The translations under genes and the position numbers were made by a program. A stretch of 64,000 bases of DNA, counting the filler, from Sanchytrium tribonematis (lineage: Eukaryota), in the NCBI GenBank assembly GCA_018985235.1. It is 23 parts of 23 records of this genome, joined end to end, with 100 filler letters (N's around TTAATTAATTAA, not from the genome) between each part and the next. Parts side by side here need not be neighbours in the genome. Positions count along the whole stretch, not along the records: positions 6,318 to 24,791 come from JADGIG010000113.1; 22 more parts are not named here. One strand, written 5' to 3'. The notes under the pieces are model-generated. The model was not told the origin of the DNA and ran no database searches. It saw only the letters and a list, made by a program, of their open reading frames with translations. Shown one piece after another: positions 11,976 to 24,365 of this stretch (position 1 is its first letter; the number at the start of each line of letters is the position of its first letter).

Positions 11976-14733
11976 TCAAATTAAATAGTCCAAGACATGT
12001 CTCTTGTACATTCTTTTATCTTCGTTTTCGAATTCAGGATAGTATGGAACCAAATCATCTTGACCACTAATATAAATTCCATTAAAAATTTGCCAGTATG
12101 TTTCTCTAATTCGACGAGCAGGGTGAAATAGTCCGAGCAGAATATATTGCAATATTGCTCCTGCGCCCAATGCTAGTCGCAGAGCCTCAATTGACTCAAA
12201 TACACTTTCAAGCATGTTTGACGAATTTTCAAACAAATTTGGCCAAATCATATTCAGCATGTGAGTGAGTGTATCTTCCTTTCCTTTTCCTATGGTGCCA
12301 GTTGCCAAGTGCTTGACTATTTGACAGGCGATGTGTCTATGAACTATGTCTCTATCTACCAACGCATCTTCCACCAAAGTCGATGCAACATAAACATAAT
12401 CTTTCGAGGCATTCCCAATATATTCAAAAATAAAAGCAATGCTTTTCAATACACCATTTTGAACATTGACTTCAGGGTATCTATATTCATTTAAAAGCTG
12501 TGCTAAAATTGTATATGCTCCGCATTTCTGGGCGATAATTCCTAAATTAAAAGAAACTACCAATACTGACAGCTGAGCACAATCGAACATGTCTCTCCTG
12601 CACCTTTAGGTTATTTATCAAAGTAGCTAAAACATCTTGGGGTCCAATAGCCAAAGCAATATGTCCTAGGCAAATTGTGCTTGCTCTCCGAATGCCTTTT
12701 CTTTGAGCTCTCATCAACTCTACCAATTCAAAGCAGATTCTTAGCCATTCTCTAGGATTAATCTCATCTGCAGCTTTTTCTGCCACTAACGCCACAAGAT
12801 CGATACAATTTTCTTGCACTTTTTCGTGTCTATTTCTTAAAATCGGAGTCAATCTGGGAAGAAGGTCTTTAATTGGTGGATTGACATTTTCAATTCCCAT
12901 GACGACTACCACGCTCTTTAAACCGGCGATTATGCTAGCCAAAGTTGCTGGCTGCTCTTCTCCCAAATACTCGTATAGAACAACCCCTAAATTACCCAAC
13001 TGTTTCTCTTCCTGACAAGATTTAAGAACAGGTGAGACTTTGGTTACCAAATCTGCAGCTAATTGTCTTACTTTTCCAGATTTGTTGCTCAATCGGAATA
13101 GAATGGTGCTGATCAACTGAGGCATATAAGGCTTTGCATTCATTTTTAAAGCGCAGAGAAAATCAGAGAACGCATTCAATACGACAAGATCTTCCATGGT
13201 TTGTTCCTGGAATGCGAAAAGAAGACCATCAACAAATTCTTCTTCCATCCTAGGATCTAACTTATCAAATTCTTGATTTTGAATCAGTTTCTGAATACAT
13301 TCACATATCATTTTTCTGAACGGTTCACTTTCATCTTTAAGAAACGGTTGCAATTTACCAAATACTTCAACAATTCCAATCTTCTTGCTAATGGCTGAGG
13401 TAGCTTCCAATATCGGTCTAATCATTCGCTTATCCAACGCGGTTCTCCTGTTCCAAAAGGCCTCAAAAAACTTATTTAAGACGTTTCGCATGATGTATTC
13501 TTTCTCTACACCGTCTTTATCGCAGCACTTTTGCAGAACAAGAAGAATTGTTCGTCTAATATCATCATCATGCGAAAAAAATTCCCTAATTAATAACGGT
13601 AAAATTTGCTTTGTATAGTAACCAGCATCTTCTGGTTCCATAAGTGGTATGATACATCCAACTGCTTTTAGACTGGCAACCAGTGCTTTTCCTCTATGTT
13701 GCTTCACATTTTTCCATAATGTTAAAAGAATTGGTTCGAATTTTTCAATCCCATATGGGTGGCATGCTTCTGCCAATGCGCTCAATGCGAGAAACGTTAT
13801 GGTTCTAACCTTGATTTCCTCGTCGTCTAATCGGTCTTTGAGTGCGTCGATAAAATAGCCGAGTTGAGGCAACAGCGCAATTCCCATTCGCTCTGCAGCA
13901 AAAAACAAAGTCCTTACACCGGTATGTCTCTCGTTAGAATCTTTACTACCGCATATTGCCATAATAAAAGGCATTGTTGAGCTAACACCGATCGTTGATA
14001 CAATTACACTTAGAGCCTTTGAGCAGCATTGCCGCATGAATTCATCATCATTTGCTGTATCTTGCTTAAGTCTATTTAATAAAATAAATGCACCAACAGC
14101 TTTGGTAAGATTCCCGAATAATTGGAAGCCCAATCGTCGAGTCATGAAATCTTCGTTTACAAGAAGTGGAAGTATAATGACCAACAATTCATTGACATAA
14201 AGGCGCAACTTATCTCCATGTATTATCATCATTTTATCAACAAGTTTTAAGACAGATAATCGTTCTGTGTCTGATAATTGTTCCTGAAGAATAATAGATA
14301 GTAAATTTTTCATGACGATATCTAAATCTGCCAATTCTAAATGTCTCGCAGCAGTCTTGCGTTGATACTGTTGTCCTTTAAATAAATGAATCAAGTGGTA
14401 GGCTACCTTTTTCTGTTTTAATTCTTGTGTATTAAGCAGTTCGTCAGATTTCTTTAACAAAGGAAATAATTGTAGGTAGGGTTTAGTGAGTTGTTCCTCC
14501 TCTAAATTTTGCTCTGATCCAGTCATGGTATTAGTTAATTGGTTGTATACAATAGTGTATCCATCGGATGGCAAAATTTGATCCAATTGCTTTAGAATAA
14601 AATCTATGTCATTTTGAATTACTTTTTCTTGCGGTCCTTGTATATCCCATCGAGATTTTCTGACTTTAGTAACCGGAGAGTCTATTTGGTCAGGTTGTGA
14701 GTTGACTTTCTTTGATCGATCCCAGCGTGACAT
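11976..14733 (-). CDS. SF3B1: U2 snRNP splicing factor SF3B1/Hsh155; join(complement 12561..14733, 11976..12541), about 912 aa
   Basis: SRWD ULM motifs; PPIKDLLPRLTPILRNRHEKVQENCIDLV, NVQNGVLKS, GLFHPAR; 19-nt intron restores AVSIGIIAQKC; start placed at ATG 14733 (MSRWD). Confidence 0.97.
12542..12560 (-). other. 19-nt intron in SF3B1 (GTAGTTTCTTTTAATTTAG)
   Basis: Removal joins the two SF3B1 ORFs colinearly with human TTVAIAIVAETC. Confidence 0.92.
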
Positions 14734-14919
14734 TCGAAAGTAAATAATGCGGGGTTGATACAATTCGAAATTGGTGTATAAATTTAGAATCTACAAAAAC
14801 AACTTATGACTGTATTAGAATGAATTGGGGATTGACATCGAGCCTTTTTTAACAATCTCTTTGCTACTAAGATAAATTTGCCTATGTTAACTTGTGACCA
14901 GACCCCTTGAAAACATTGC

Positions 14920-17100
14920 ATGACTTTATCTCATTGCGCTTTGCATCAAAAATTTTCTGGTGTATGTTTTTATTGTATAATGCGATTAAGTGATCCAGAA
15001 AAGACAAACCAATTGACCTCAAATTTACAGCAATTGCATACTCAAAGTCCTGATATTCAATTGAACTGGTTAAATGCAATTAAACAAAGTGTTGAATCTA
15101 TGCACTCCACTGTTTTTATGAGATGGCTTTCTTCGTGTTATTTAATAGAATCTTGCTTCGAAATGCTCAAATATAGAAGGGCAATTTGTTTTGCATTAGA
15201 TATTATAGATGATTTTGTAGTACTTTTACCAGGAACCCAACTTACTAAATTATGTTTAACTCATTTTAATTCCTTGGTTCATTTAGCTGGTAGTGAAAAT
15301 GTCACTATCAGAGCCAGTATTTGCCGATTGATGTACTCTATTGGAATTCATCTTGTAGCATTTGAAAGCGTGGATGGAGCCAAGCTCATAAATACACTTT
15401 TTTCCATTTTAAGAAAACAAAATTTTAAAATTCAAGGATTTGAGAGAGACATTATACTTCCAATGAGTACCGAAGACGAATTACAGCGTTATATTCCGAG
15501 ATATGTACAAATCATGCATGAAAATTGCATGATGGCAATCGGAATGGTTGTTTACGGTAGAGATCACAATGTTGCACATAATCATTTACTGATCTCTAAA
15601 CTTCCGAGAATTGGAATGCAAATGCTTAGATTTGTTCAAGAAAAGAGGCCTATTTGTTATCCTGAGTCTCAAAAAGCAGATACTGCTGCCTGCATTCTGG
15701 GTTGCCTGTTGCAACTTCCTTTATATGATGAAATAGAGGATTTTGAAGATGAAGATTGGACCCATTCTTTTGCAATACTCGATAAAATATGTGATGACGA
15801 ATTTTTAAAACAAGTCCAAATATCTGTCAAATCTCTACTTTCTGATACTCCAGAAAATTTAGAAAAAATTTTGAAAAAAGTCTCTAGAAAGAAACACCGG
15901 GCTCCAAAAATTCCGGATGAAGAAGATCACGCAAAAGCCGTAGAGTCTACTCAAAGGGCTCTCATTAGTTTAGTAAGCATATTTTCAAATGTATCTTTCT
16001 TTCCAGATTTAGTTCCTAGAATGCTCTTTGCCGTTCCTACTTTATTATATATTGCTAAAGACAGACACATTCCCAAAGGACAACCTTGTTTCTACAGCAA
16101 TATCTTGAATGACTTGTGTTTGACTAAGGGTGTCCATCGTGACCCTAATTTTCTACCTCACAAGTTCCTTCTTAATTCTTTCTCGCCTCCTTTAAAAGAA
16201 ACTTGTTTTTTGGGACTACTGCGAGTCAGAAAATGGATGTGTGCTGTATCTCCAGACTCAGCTGATACAGGATCACCTTTGCCTGAAGTTTCCAATCCTC
16301 CGTTTAGTGATATTCCTTTGGAACTATGGAGTCCTGATACGGCCTATTTTCTATATCAACAGGCAAAGCAGCTATCCATGACCTGCAGGCGTCGTGGGAA
16401 TTTTGCATTTGCCGACAAAGATTTCAATTACGCAGCCTGCCAATATTCGTCAGCTCTTTTATTAACTTCGTTTGAGGAAGAAGATCTTTTGATTACAATC
16501 CCAGAAGTAAAAGTCAAGCAAGAAACAATGCTTGAACTACTACCACCATTGCTTTATTATAAAGCAAAGCGTATTGCCGACAGATTTATATTTAAGACCA
16601 ACCGCGCTGAATGTTGGCTGAGAATAAAAGGAATGCACGACCGAGCAAATCTGGACGCAAGCAACGCAATCGAAGAAATCAATATTCTTTGTTATGAATT
16701 ATCCGAAATGTACCCTATTGAATCTTTGATGCCTGATTTTAAATCCGGTGATGACAATGATCAGTTGATATACAGATCAATGTTGGTAAGTGACGATTTA
16801 TGGGAGAAAAACGAAAGACGCATTAAACGCGCCGAGGAATGTTTTCAACTAGAAAAAAGACAAGAGCAGGAATACTTTAATAGCATAAGAAATATCAGAA
16901 GCGATAATGATGATTATTCAGAAGAGAGTGGCGATACAGATTTTAGTGAGGATCGACAGAATTACGAAAAGTTCGTTCGTGAGGATCACTTTATGAATGA
17001 GAATGCCCAATTTGAAGAGATAAAGCGCATCACTCGCTCTATTGACAAAAATGGCAAAATTACCACAATGCAGATAGTCCAAAAAGTGGAAAAGAAATAA
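14920..17100 (+). CDS. Hypothetical alpha-helical (ARM-like) protein with C-terminal TPR-like segment
   Basis: 726-aa ORF; TPR-like RRRGNFAFADKDFNYAACQYSSAL...NRAECWL...ANLDASNAI; AATAAA overlaps the stop. Confidence 0.6.
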   Translation: MTLSHCALHQKFSGVCFYCIMRLSDPEKTNQLTSNLQQLHTQSPDIQLNWLNAIKQSVESMHSTVFMRWLSSCYLIESCFEMLKYRRAICFALDIIDDFVVLLPGTQLTKLCLTHFNSLVHLAGSENVTIRASICRLMYSIGIHLVAFESVDGAKLINTLFSILRKQNFKIQGFERDIILPMSTEDELQRYIPRYVQIMHENCMMAIGMVVYGRDHNVAHNHLLISKLPRIGMQMLRFVQEKRPICYPESQKADTAACILGCLLQLPLYDEIEDFEDEDWTHSFAILDKICDDEFLKQVQISVKSLLSDTPENLEKILKKVSRKKHRAPKIPDEEDHAKAVESTQRALISLVSIFSNVSFFPDLVPRMLFAVPTLLYIAKDRHIPKGQPCFYSNILNDLCLTKGVHRDPNFLPHKFLLNSFSPPLKETCFLGLLRVRKWMCAVSPDSADTGSPLPEVSNPPFSDIPLELWSPDTAYFLYQQAKQLSMTCRRRGNFAFADKDFNYAACQYSSALLLTSFEEEDLLITIPEVKVKQETMLELLPPLLYYKAKRIADRFIFKTNRAECWLRIKGMHDRANLDASNAIEEINILCYELSEMYPIESLMPDFKSGDDNDQLIYRSMLVSDDLWEKNERRIKRAEECFQLEKRQEQEYFNSIRNIRSDNDDYSEESGDTDFSEDRQNYEKFVREDHFMNENAQFEEIKRITRSIDKNGKITTMQIVQKVEKK

Positions 17101-17124
17101 AATTTAAGATATTTTTTATTACAA

Positions 17125-17490
17125 ATGGAAATGGATCGCCAATTACTGACTCTAGTAGGTCTCTCTTTAGGCTTAGCTACTGGAACGTTATTAGTTATAC
17201 TTAGTTGCGCGGTTTATGACAACTGGTTCCCACTATTGAGCGTCCTCTTTTTTCTTTTGGCACCTCTTTGCAAATGTTTTGATCGAGATGAATTAGGTGG
17301 TGCAAATCAAATAATACAATTCTTTACGGCGTGCTTCATATGTTCAGGAATATTTCTACCTCTGGTCTTGTTTAATAATGCGGTGTTGACAATTGGCGCT
17401 ACAGCTATGGTAATTGTGGGAGGAATAATAGTTTATAGTTCAATTTTACTATACAACTATCTATATTCGGGTGATTCTATGTATTTGTAG
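17125..17490 (+). CDS. VPS55: Vps55/LEPROT-family membrane protein
   Basis: LLVILSCAVYDNWFPLL..LAPL, four hydrophobic helices, 121 aa. Confidence 0.88.
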   Translation: MEMDRQLLTLVGLSLGLATGTLLVILSCAVYDNWFPLLSVLFFLLAPLCKCFDRDELGGANQIIQFFTACFICSGIFLPLVLFNNAVLTIGATAMVIVGGIIVYSSILLYNYLYSGDSMYL

Positions 17491-17555
17491 TTACCAATAA
17501 ATTCAATATATAAAATACAAGTAATTCCCGCATTTAATTATTTCGAAGGGGAATT

Positions 17556-18542
17556 ATGATTGCAAACTCACTCGAAGAACAAAATACTTTATATTACTGG
17601 AAAGTCTATTTCTCGTTTAAAAATTATGCGAAATGGTATACAAGAGTTTTTGAAGACAAAATTAATAAAGCTAAATGTTCAAAAGATGCTCAATATTTGA
17701 AATTGTACATCGCCAAGTGCCAAAAAGCAATTTATTGTCTGCATCAAAATCAATCATTTTTTGACGACATGCTCGCAGGTACTCCTCAATTCGTTGAAGA
17801 AAGAAAGATTGCAGCACCTAGTCCTGAAGATTTTGACAAATGCGTTAGTGCTTTGAAATGCATCGCTAGGGATTGGAGCAATTACGGTAAACAAGAGAGA
17901 GGAGCATATGACGTTGTCTTGCAGGAATTAAAAGATATAGCTGCTGCAAAAGAAATGCCACAGAGTGTTAATTGTCCTGGCTCAGGGTTAAGCCGTCTTG
18001 CATATGAGATCGCAAAATTGGGCTTCAATGTCAAAGCAAATGAGCTAACTTATCATATGCTTATTCCGTGTTATTTTATACTGAACTCTATTGCAAAATC
18101 ATACACCATTTACCCATTTATTCATAATTTTCAGAATCGAATGAAAGTAGATGATTGCTTTGAACCAATTATATTTCCTGATGAATTCCCTGAATTGAAT
18201 GTTCCTAATACTAATTTTTCTATGAATGGTGGAGATTTTCAGGAAGTTTGTGGAGTAGCCGACATTACAGTGTCAAGTTATTTTATTGACACAGGCAAAA
18301 ACGCTCTGGACTACATTCGCACAATTGATTTGAATACTTCGTCTATATGGATTAACATTGGACCTTTGCTTTATCATCACGAAACCTTTGAACTTTCGTG
18401 GGAAGAAATCTTGAAATTTGTTGAGCAAGAAACGAATTTTAAAACTAAAAAGTCTTTCCGATTATCTGCATCGTACTGTGCCGATACAAATTCAATAGTG
18501 CAGTATTCCTATAATAACATATTTTGTAAATTTATTAAGTGA
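17556..18542 (+). CDS. Carnosine N-methyltransferase-like (N2227 family)
   Basis: ARDWSNYGKQER, PGSGLSRLAYEIA, FSMNGGDF, YFIDTGKN, WINIGPLLYH. Confidence 0.85.
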   Translation: MIANSLEEQNTLYYWKVYFSFKNYAKWYTRVFEDKINKAKCSKDAQYLKLYIAKCQKAIYCLHQNQSFFDDMLAGTPQFVEERKIAAPSPEDFDKCVSALKCIARDWSNYGKQERGAYDVVLQELKDIAAAKEMPQSVNCPGSGLSRLAYEIAKLGFNVKANELTYHMLIPCYFILNSIAKSYTIYPFIHNFQNRMKVDDCFEPIIFPDEFPELNVPNTNFSMNGGDFQEVCGVADITVSSYFIDTGKNALDYIRTIDLNTSSIWINIGPLLYHHETFELSWEEILKFVEQETNFKTKKSFRLSASYCADTNSIVQYSYNNIFCKFIK

Positions 18543-18605
18543 TCCGATTTGCAAATAAATTATGACATTTTTAAATTTTGCAAATTCTCCAGTTTCAGTT
18601 ATTAT

Positions 18606-20115
18606 ATGGTTTCTCTTGGAATTGCAGTTTGTAGCCAAACTGGGCAAGTCTTAGTCTCTCGTCACTTTTATCCTATGTCTCGTGGTAGAGTTGAAGGATT
18701 GATATCATCATTTCCAAAGTTGTTGGAATCCAATGCTCAACACACTTATGTTGATACAGATCAAGTCAGATTATGTTTTCAACCCTTAGACAAAGTATAT
18801 TTAATCATGATTACTAACAAAAGGTCTAATATATTACAGGATATCAACACTTTAAATCTATTTGCAAAAATTGTCCAAGACACTTGCAGCTGCACTGAGC
18901 AAGGCGTGACGGAAAAAGCTTTTGAGTTGATACATGCGTTTGATGAAGTTATAAGTGGAGGTCAAGTTGAATCATTAGATCTTGGGCAAATTAAGACAAT
19001 TTTGGAAATGGACAGTCACGAAGAAAAGATCCATGAAATGATTGAGAAGAATAAAGAATTGGAAGCAAAAGCAGAGCTCAAGAAAAAAGCCAAGGAAATG
19101 GAAGCAATGAAAAAAGCTGCTTCAAAATCTCAAATATCTTCATCCTCAAATTACACACCTGCTCCAGTCGCCACCATAAATGTCCAACAACCTATCCAAA
19201 ACATTAATCAGCCACCACCAAGTCAAATGGGTAAAGGAATGCAGCTTGGTGGTGCCAAAAATTCATCAGATGACTTTCTTTCTACATTACAGCAACAAGC
19301 CGCCCAACAAATTCAGCAACAAGTCTCAACCCCCGTCTCAGCAGCCACACCAATTGTTTCTAAAGCTAGAAATGTTTCTGTTTATCAAAAAGATGTTCAC
19401 ATTATTATCGACGAAAAATTGAGTGCTCAGCTCCCCCACGACGGTGGCATTACCAGCTGCGAGTTGAAAGGTGAGGTGATAATTAAGATTAATAGTGAGT
19501 CATGTACACAATGTAGCATAAACTATTCAACAGGGAATTCCGACGCAGGGATCCAATTTAAATCACACCCCTTAATCGATAAGAAGTCATTTAGTGATAA
19601 TATTATTGAAAGCCGTGACAAATCTAAACCATTTCCTGTAAATCAGCCTTTAAGTTTGATAAAATATAGATCATCAATAACTGACGATAAGCTTTTACCA
19701 TTGCATTTAGAATGTTGGCCAAATCCAAACGGCGATGGAACCACTGATGTCAATCTGGAATACGAATTGCGTTCAGATTTAGAGCTAGAAAATGTAGAAA
19801 TTTCAATCAAAATACCGTAACTTTAAGTAATGTAGATCTTCAACAGCCCCGGAAGTAACAATGTGCGACGGAACTCATGAGTTTTTAGCAACAGCTAAAA
19901 CTTTGGTTTGGAAAATTGCGCAAATTTCAGCCAAAGATCCATCTGGCTTATTTGAATTCAAAGTTTCGACCGAACAACCTATATTTCCCGTTCAAATCAA
20001 TTTTAATTCTAAAAAATCTTTATTCGGTGTTGACATATTGAATGTTGTTCAAAATAATCCTGTTAATTTCTCCGTTGAATACAATGTTGGGACTGAACAA
20101 TACTTTATAACATGA
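18606..20115 (+). CDS. RET2: Coatomer subunit delta; join(18606..19816,19836..20115), about 496 aa
   Basis: SFPKL, QHTYVDT, SNILQDINTL, MDSHEEKI, FKSHP, CWP; 19-nt intron gives KIPSSTAPEV. Confidence 0.93.
19817..19835 (+). other. 19-nt intron in delta-COP (GTAACTTTAAGTAATGTAG)
   Basis: Removal removes a stop and links to the mu-homology C-terminus (LVWKI...SGLFEF). Confidence 0.88.
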
Positions 20116-20121
20116 ATAAAC

Positions 20122-23100
20122 TTATTCGAATTGGAATCTGGACATTTCTTGCCTAATTCGATTTACAAAATGTACTACGTCGCCAGATATTATTTGTTTT
20201 GTAACTTCATTATATTCTTCAGGTACTAATGTTAATGGATTAGATCTCTTCAGTCCTGGATCTTTCTCGCCTCGTGCATTTACAAAAGGGGCATCAGCAA
20301 GATAAAATCTATTTCCTAGTAAAAATGCTATTTGACAACGTTTGATTATCAAGAAAGCCCCAAACATAAATGAGCAAGATTTGGCATGTCTTGATGGCTC
20401 AAAGTGTCTTGTCTCTTTATCGATACAGCAATAACCCTAAATAAAATATGAAAAACCTCGAAGCAAGAAATTACACCACATAGTAAACATAAACATGGGT
20501 AGTCTGGTACTTGGCCACAGTTGAGACATCTTAGATCAGAAATAAAGAAGTCTTCGAATTTAGCAGGGAGTGAGAAAAGGACTGGAACTTGCTCCTTAAC
20601 TTTGTCATAATGGATTTGAAATTCACGAAATAATGCGTCTTCTCGATTAAGTGTATTACAATTGATATCAATAGTGTTAAGGCCAACTGTAAAAGTCAAA
20701 AATATGCGCACTAAGCGAAGGTATGACAATCGGTCTTGAAGTGATAATTTTGCGATCATTGGCGCGACAAATTTAAAAACGGAGACATTAAGAATTCTTG
20801 GGTAGTCTAAAAGTGTCACCATATCTTCAAAAAACATCTTATATCCGTTATTTGTCAATATATCAGTCGATGAAGACTTTTTAGGCCAATAATATCTTAA
20901 AAAATAAAAATAATGAGAATAAAATTGTTGGTTTCTCTCATTTAAATCATACTCTTTTTGCAGAATATTCGACTTTGAAGTTCCCAATGAGTTTCTGTAC
21001 AGCGTTTCAACTTGAATCATGGAGCCCAGAAGTGGCAGTAGTGTGGTATCAGCAAATGAATCATTTGTATAATGTAGCACCAAAGTCTCAATAACAGTCT
21101 GCATGTGTCTGAAATGCTTTGAATCAGGCGCTGTTGTTTCCATAGTCTCCATATCAAGCTTTATAACATCCTCTTGAGACTCATAAAGTGGACGATCTAG
21201 AGTAGGTCCTTTAGTAGAAATAGAGTGAATATAATGACCTTTGGAAACTATTGGCACATAACAATTTGACAAAGATCTGCAAATGGGACAGGTTACTGTT
21301 AACTTCGATACCAGATCTTCCGTAATTACGGGACCGTTGAAGGCCTGGTAAAGTCCACTATAGTTCATACACTCAAAATGAATTAAATGACAACCACTAA
21401 TTTGAATTGTATATTTGGCGGAATTGTCTATTTGTGGCTGAATACCAATAAACGCTATGTATCCAAAATCACCAGATAGAGATTCCTTACAGTACACACA
21501 TTCCTCCTTTATTGGAATGTACGCATGGAAAATTTGATTCTGAGAGTCATGAAGGAGATTTAAAAAAGGCGATTCTAAGGTTATTGACTCTGATTCATCA
21601 TCACTCAAGTCTGCCAATTCTTTCTCGTAAGCTGTCATTGCGGCCTTTTGATTAAGCTGCATCTTTTCCAAAAGTTCTTTTTGCTTTTGTTTTGCGATCT
21701 CATTGGTTTTAGGAATAAATTCGGATTCTTTAGAAAAGGAGGTTTCGAAGATTTCATCAATTTGTCTGATAGACGATTTAAGCGTGAGTCTGCCTTCTGT
21801 ATCACATTTTTGAGCTAACTCTATGACCTCGGAAACGACAGAGCTGTTCTGACACCTAATGCTAAGCTGCAAAAGCATTTCCAATATTACAGATGATTTC
21901 AATTCATCTTGTGACCATATTTTAACACAATTTAAAATTCCCACAAGAATAGGTGACATGTCATTTACGGATTGCATCGCATCATGTGGATACCTATATT
22001 CGTGTTTATCTAGTACATCCCTCATATTACTTCTATTATAAAAATAATGAAAAGGGTCGCATGCAATATTTGGCAGCAATTGATACTCCAAACCATTTTT
22101 CGTTAATTTGGAGCTTGCAATGTTTGAGAGCTGGATTTCATTATACATGCTTGATTCGAAATAATCTTCTAAATCTGAGGTCAAATGATTTTTAACTTTA
22201 AGTATGTGCGTCAGGAAATCTTGAATAAAATCCGATGGGAATTTCGAGTTAATTATTATCAAAAAATGAGTCATATTTTCTAAAAGCAATTTGCCTTTCG
22301 TGTTGTCTTTATGATACAACTCACTAAGATTGTTAAAATCGACGTCTAATAATTTAGAATACGTGGAGAAAAACAATGGATCTTCCTTGTAGAAATGTTG
22401 AAGTACCAAAATGTCGTGAATATAAATACTTCCATACCCATGTCGAACTAGCCTTTGAAGAGAAATCTCATAGAATGGTATCTGACCATTTCTTATCCAC
22501 ATTAGGCTGTTGATTTGCTCACTAAAGACTTCGACACTAAGTAGTTGACTGAGTATATCTGTAGAGTTGTAATTTTTTAAATAAAAGCCCAATCTATTCC
22601 TAATAAATTCATCATCTCCACTCACTGATTGTTTAAAAATTTGTGAATGGTTATAAATGCTTTCAGACATAAAACGATATAGCAGCAAATGCAGAGAGGC
22701 TCCATTATTCTCTACTGCACCTTCTAAAGAGTGTAGATATTTGCAACATTGCATAAAAAGTGAAAATACAAATGATATGTTTTCCTCATTAATCACTTTA
22801 GAAATATCTTGCTGAATGGCATTCAGGGTTAAACTCAAATTAAATGCATGCCTCCAAGACTTTGATTCAAATGAGATATGGCGATTTTGATAACGCAATT
22901 GATGGTCCATACCATGAATTAGCGTCAGCAAACACATGAAAGATTTAAGAGCATTTCTTTCCTGAATACGACTCCTAATAATGTCCCTCAATTCGTTTGT
23001 ATTTACAAAAAACAAAAGATCGTGGACAATTTTTTGATATAATGACTTGCGAATGCCCTCGCAGTTAACATTAATTAAAGGTAAATGTAATTCAGTTACA

Positions 23101-24329
23101 TCATTTTTAGAAACACTTTCGAAAGGTTTCTTCTGACCATAAATAATAACTTTGGTAAGCATTTCGCAAAATAAGTAAGATGCATTATATTTCTGCTCTA
23201 ACATAACAGCGATAGAGGGCACAGTCAATATCTGAACACCCAGCTCGTTTACTGTATTATACGGCTCTCTTTCTTTAAACAATACTTCCCATAGAATGAG
23301 AGGGTATATTCGAAAATAACGCACAGCAAAAATATCTCTTCGATTCATAATAGGTACGAAAATTCGGTATTTTGACACATTATTCAAATTTCCTACACTT
23401 TGGTCATCTGGAACTTCCGAGAGAGTATTTGCAAAGCAAAATGATTTAAGAAGAAGTTCATTGATTAAAATACGAAAAGTCTTCCAAGTTTTACGTTGAT
23501 AATACAAAATATAGTCAATTCTGTAGTTGCAAAATGTGTTTTCAGTATATTCTGGGAATGTATCTAAAACTGCTTCTGGCAACTCGTAATCAACAGGCTT
23601 TAAGTGCCCTTTAAATTCAATGGATTGGTCATATTCATCACCTTCATCATCACTGTCTTCGTCTACATGCGCCACTCGCACTAACCTATTGAAGATAGGA
23701 TTCAAGGTATTTGTGATACGCTCCAACATTGGCTGCTCCATTTCTTTGATTTCATTCGGTTTTTCAAATAGTGAAAAAGGTTCGTATTCTTTTCCTACTG
23801 CCGAAAAACAATACTTTGTGTCTACAGATGTCAGCCTAGTATGCCAGCATTTTAGCAATTCTTGGCAAAAAATCATTTCGATCTTCCCTTGCAATTCTTC
23901 AGGTCTATTGTAATCGCCGTTGATAAAATCATGTAGAAATATAAGCAAGTCAAAACATTTTTCTTGCTGTAGAGCATAACATTGTTCTTCCACCGTACAG
24001 TGCAGTCCGATAGATCTGATTTTGTTGGCTACAATACAGCAATCGTCGTAAGTTCCAGAAAAGACACTATCTCTACCTTTTTGATCGATAGCTTGTGCCA
24101 CTTCATGACCACGACTCTCTCCTGCACCAAGTGCTTCGGAAACAATATCAATTACTTCTTGATAGTTATGAATCTCATCATTATACAAAATTGTCGTGAA
24201 TTCTCCAGATCCTTCAGGAGTTGTAATAATGCTGGTGTCAAATTTAGCAACATGAAATGTATCTATGAAAAAATCCAAAATACTGGATATAGTGAATCTT
24301 ACTTGTTGAAGATCTTGTGTTGTAAGCAT
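20122..24329 (-). CDS. UBR1: UBR1/UBR2-like E3 ubiquitin ligase; join(complement 20457..24329, 20122..20436), about 1395 aa
   Basis: ClpS-like ILYNDEIHNYQEVI, VQILTVPSIA, RING CVYC..GCHLIHFEC..CPICR, C-terminal CLCLLCG..YCC..H..SC..GAFL..GEKDPGLKR. Confidence 0.88.
20437..20456 (-). other. 20-nt intron in UBR1 (GTTTTTCATATTTTATTTAG)
   Basis: Removal gives CFEGYCCIDKETRHFEPSRHAKSCSFMFGAFL, the conserved UBR C-terminal Cys/His region. Confidence 0.88.
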
Positions 24330-24365
24330 CCTTTGTTTGAAAAAATATTAGCAATGGTTTATTAG

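Noticed and set aside
11490..11988. Alternative-frame and antisense ORFs over the CTD (and over 43696-44181)
   Set aside because: Shadows of repetitive coding sequence.
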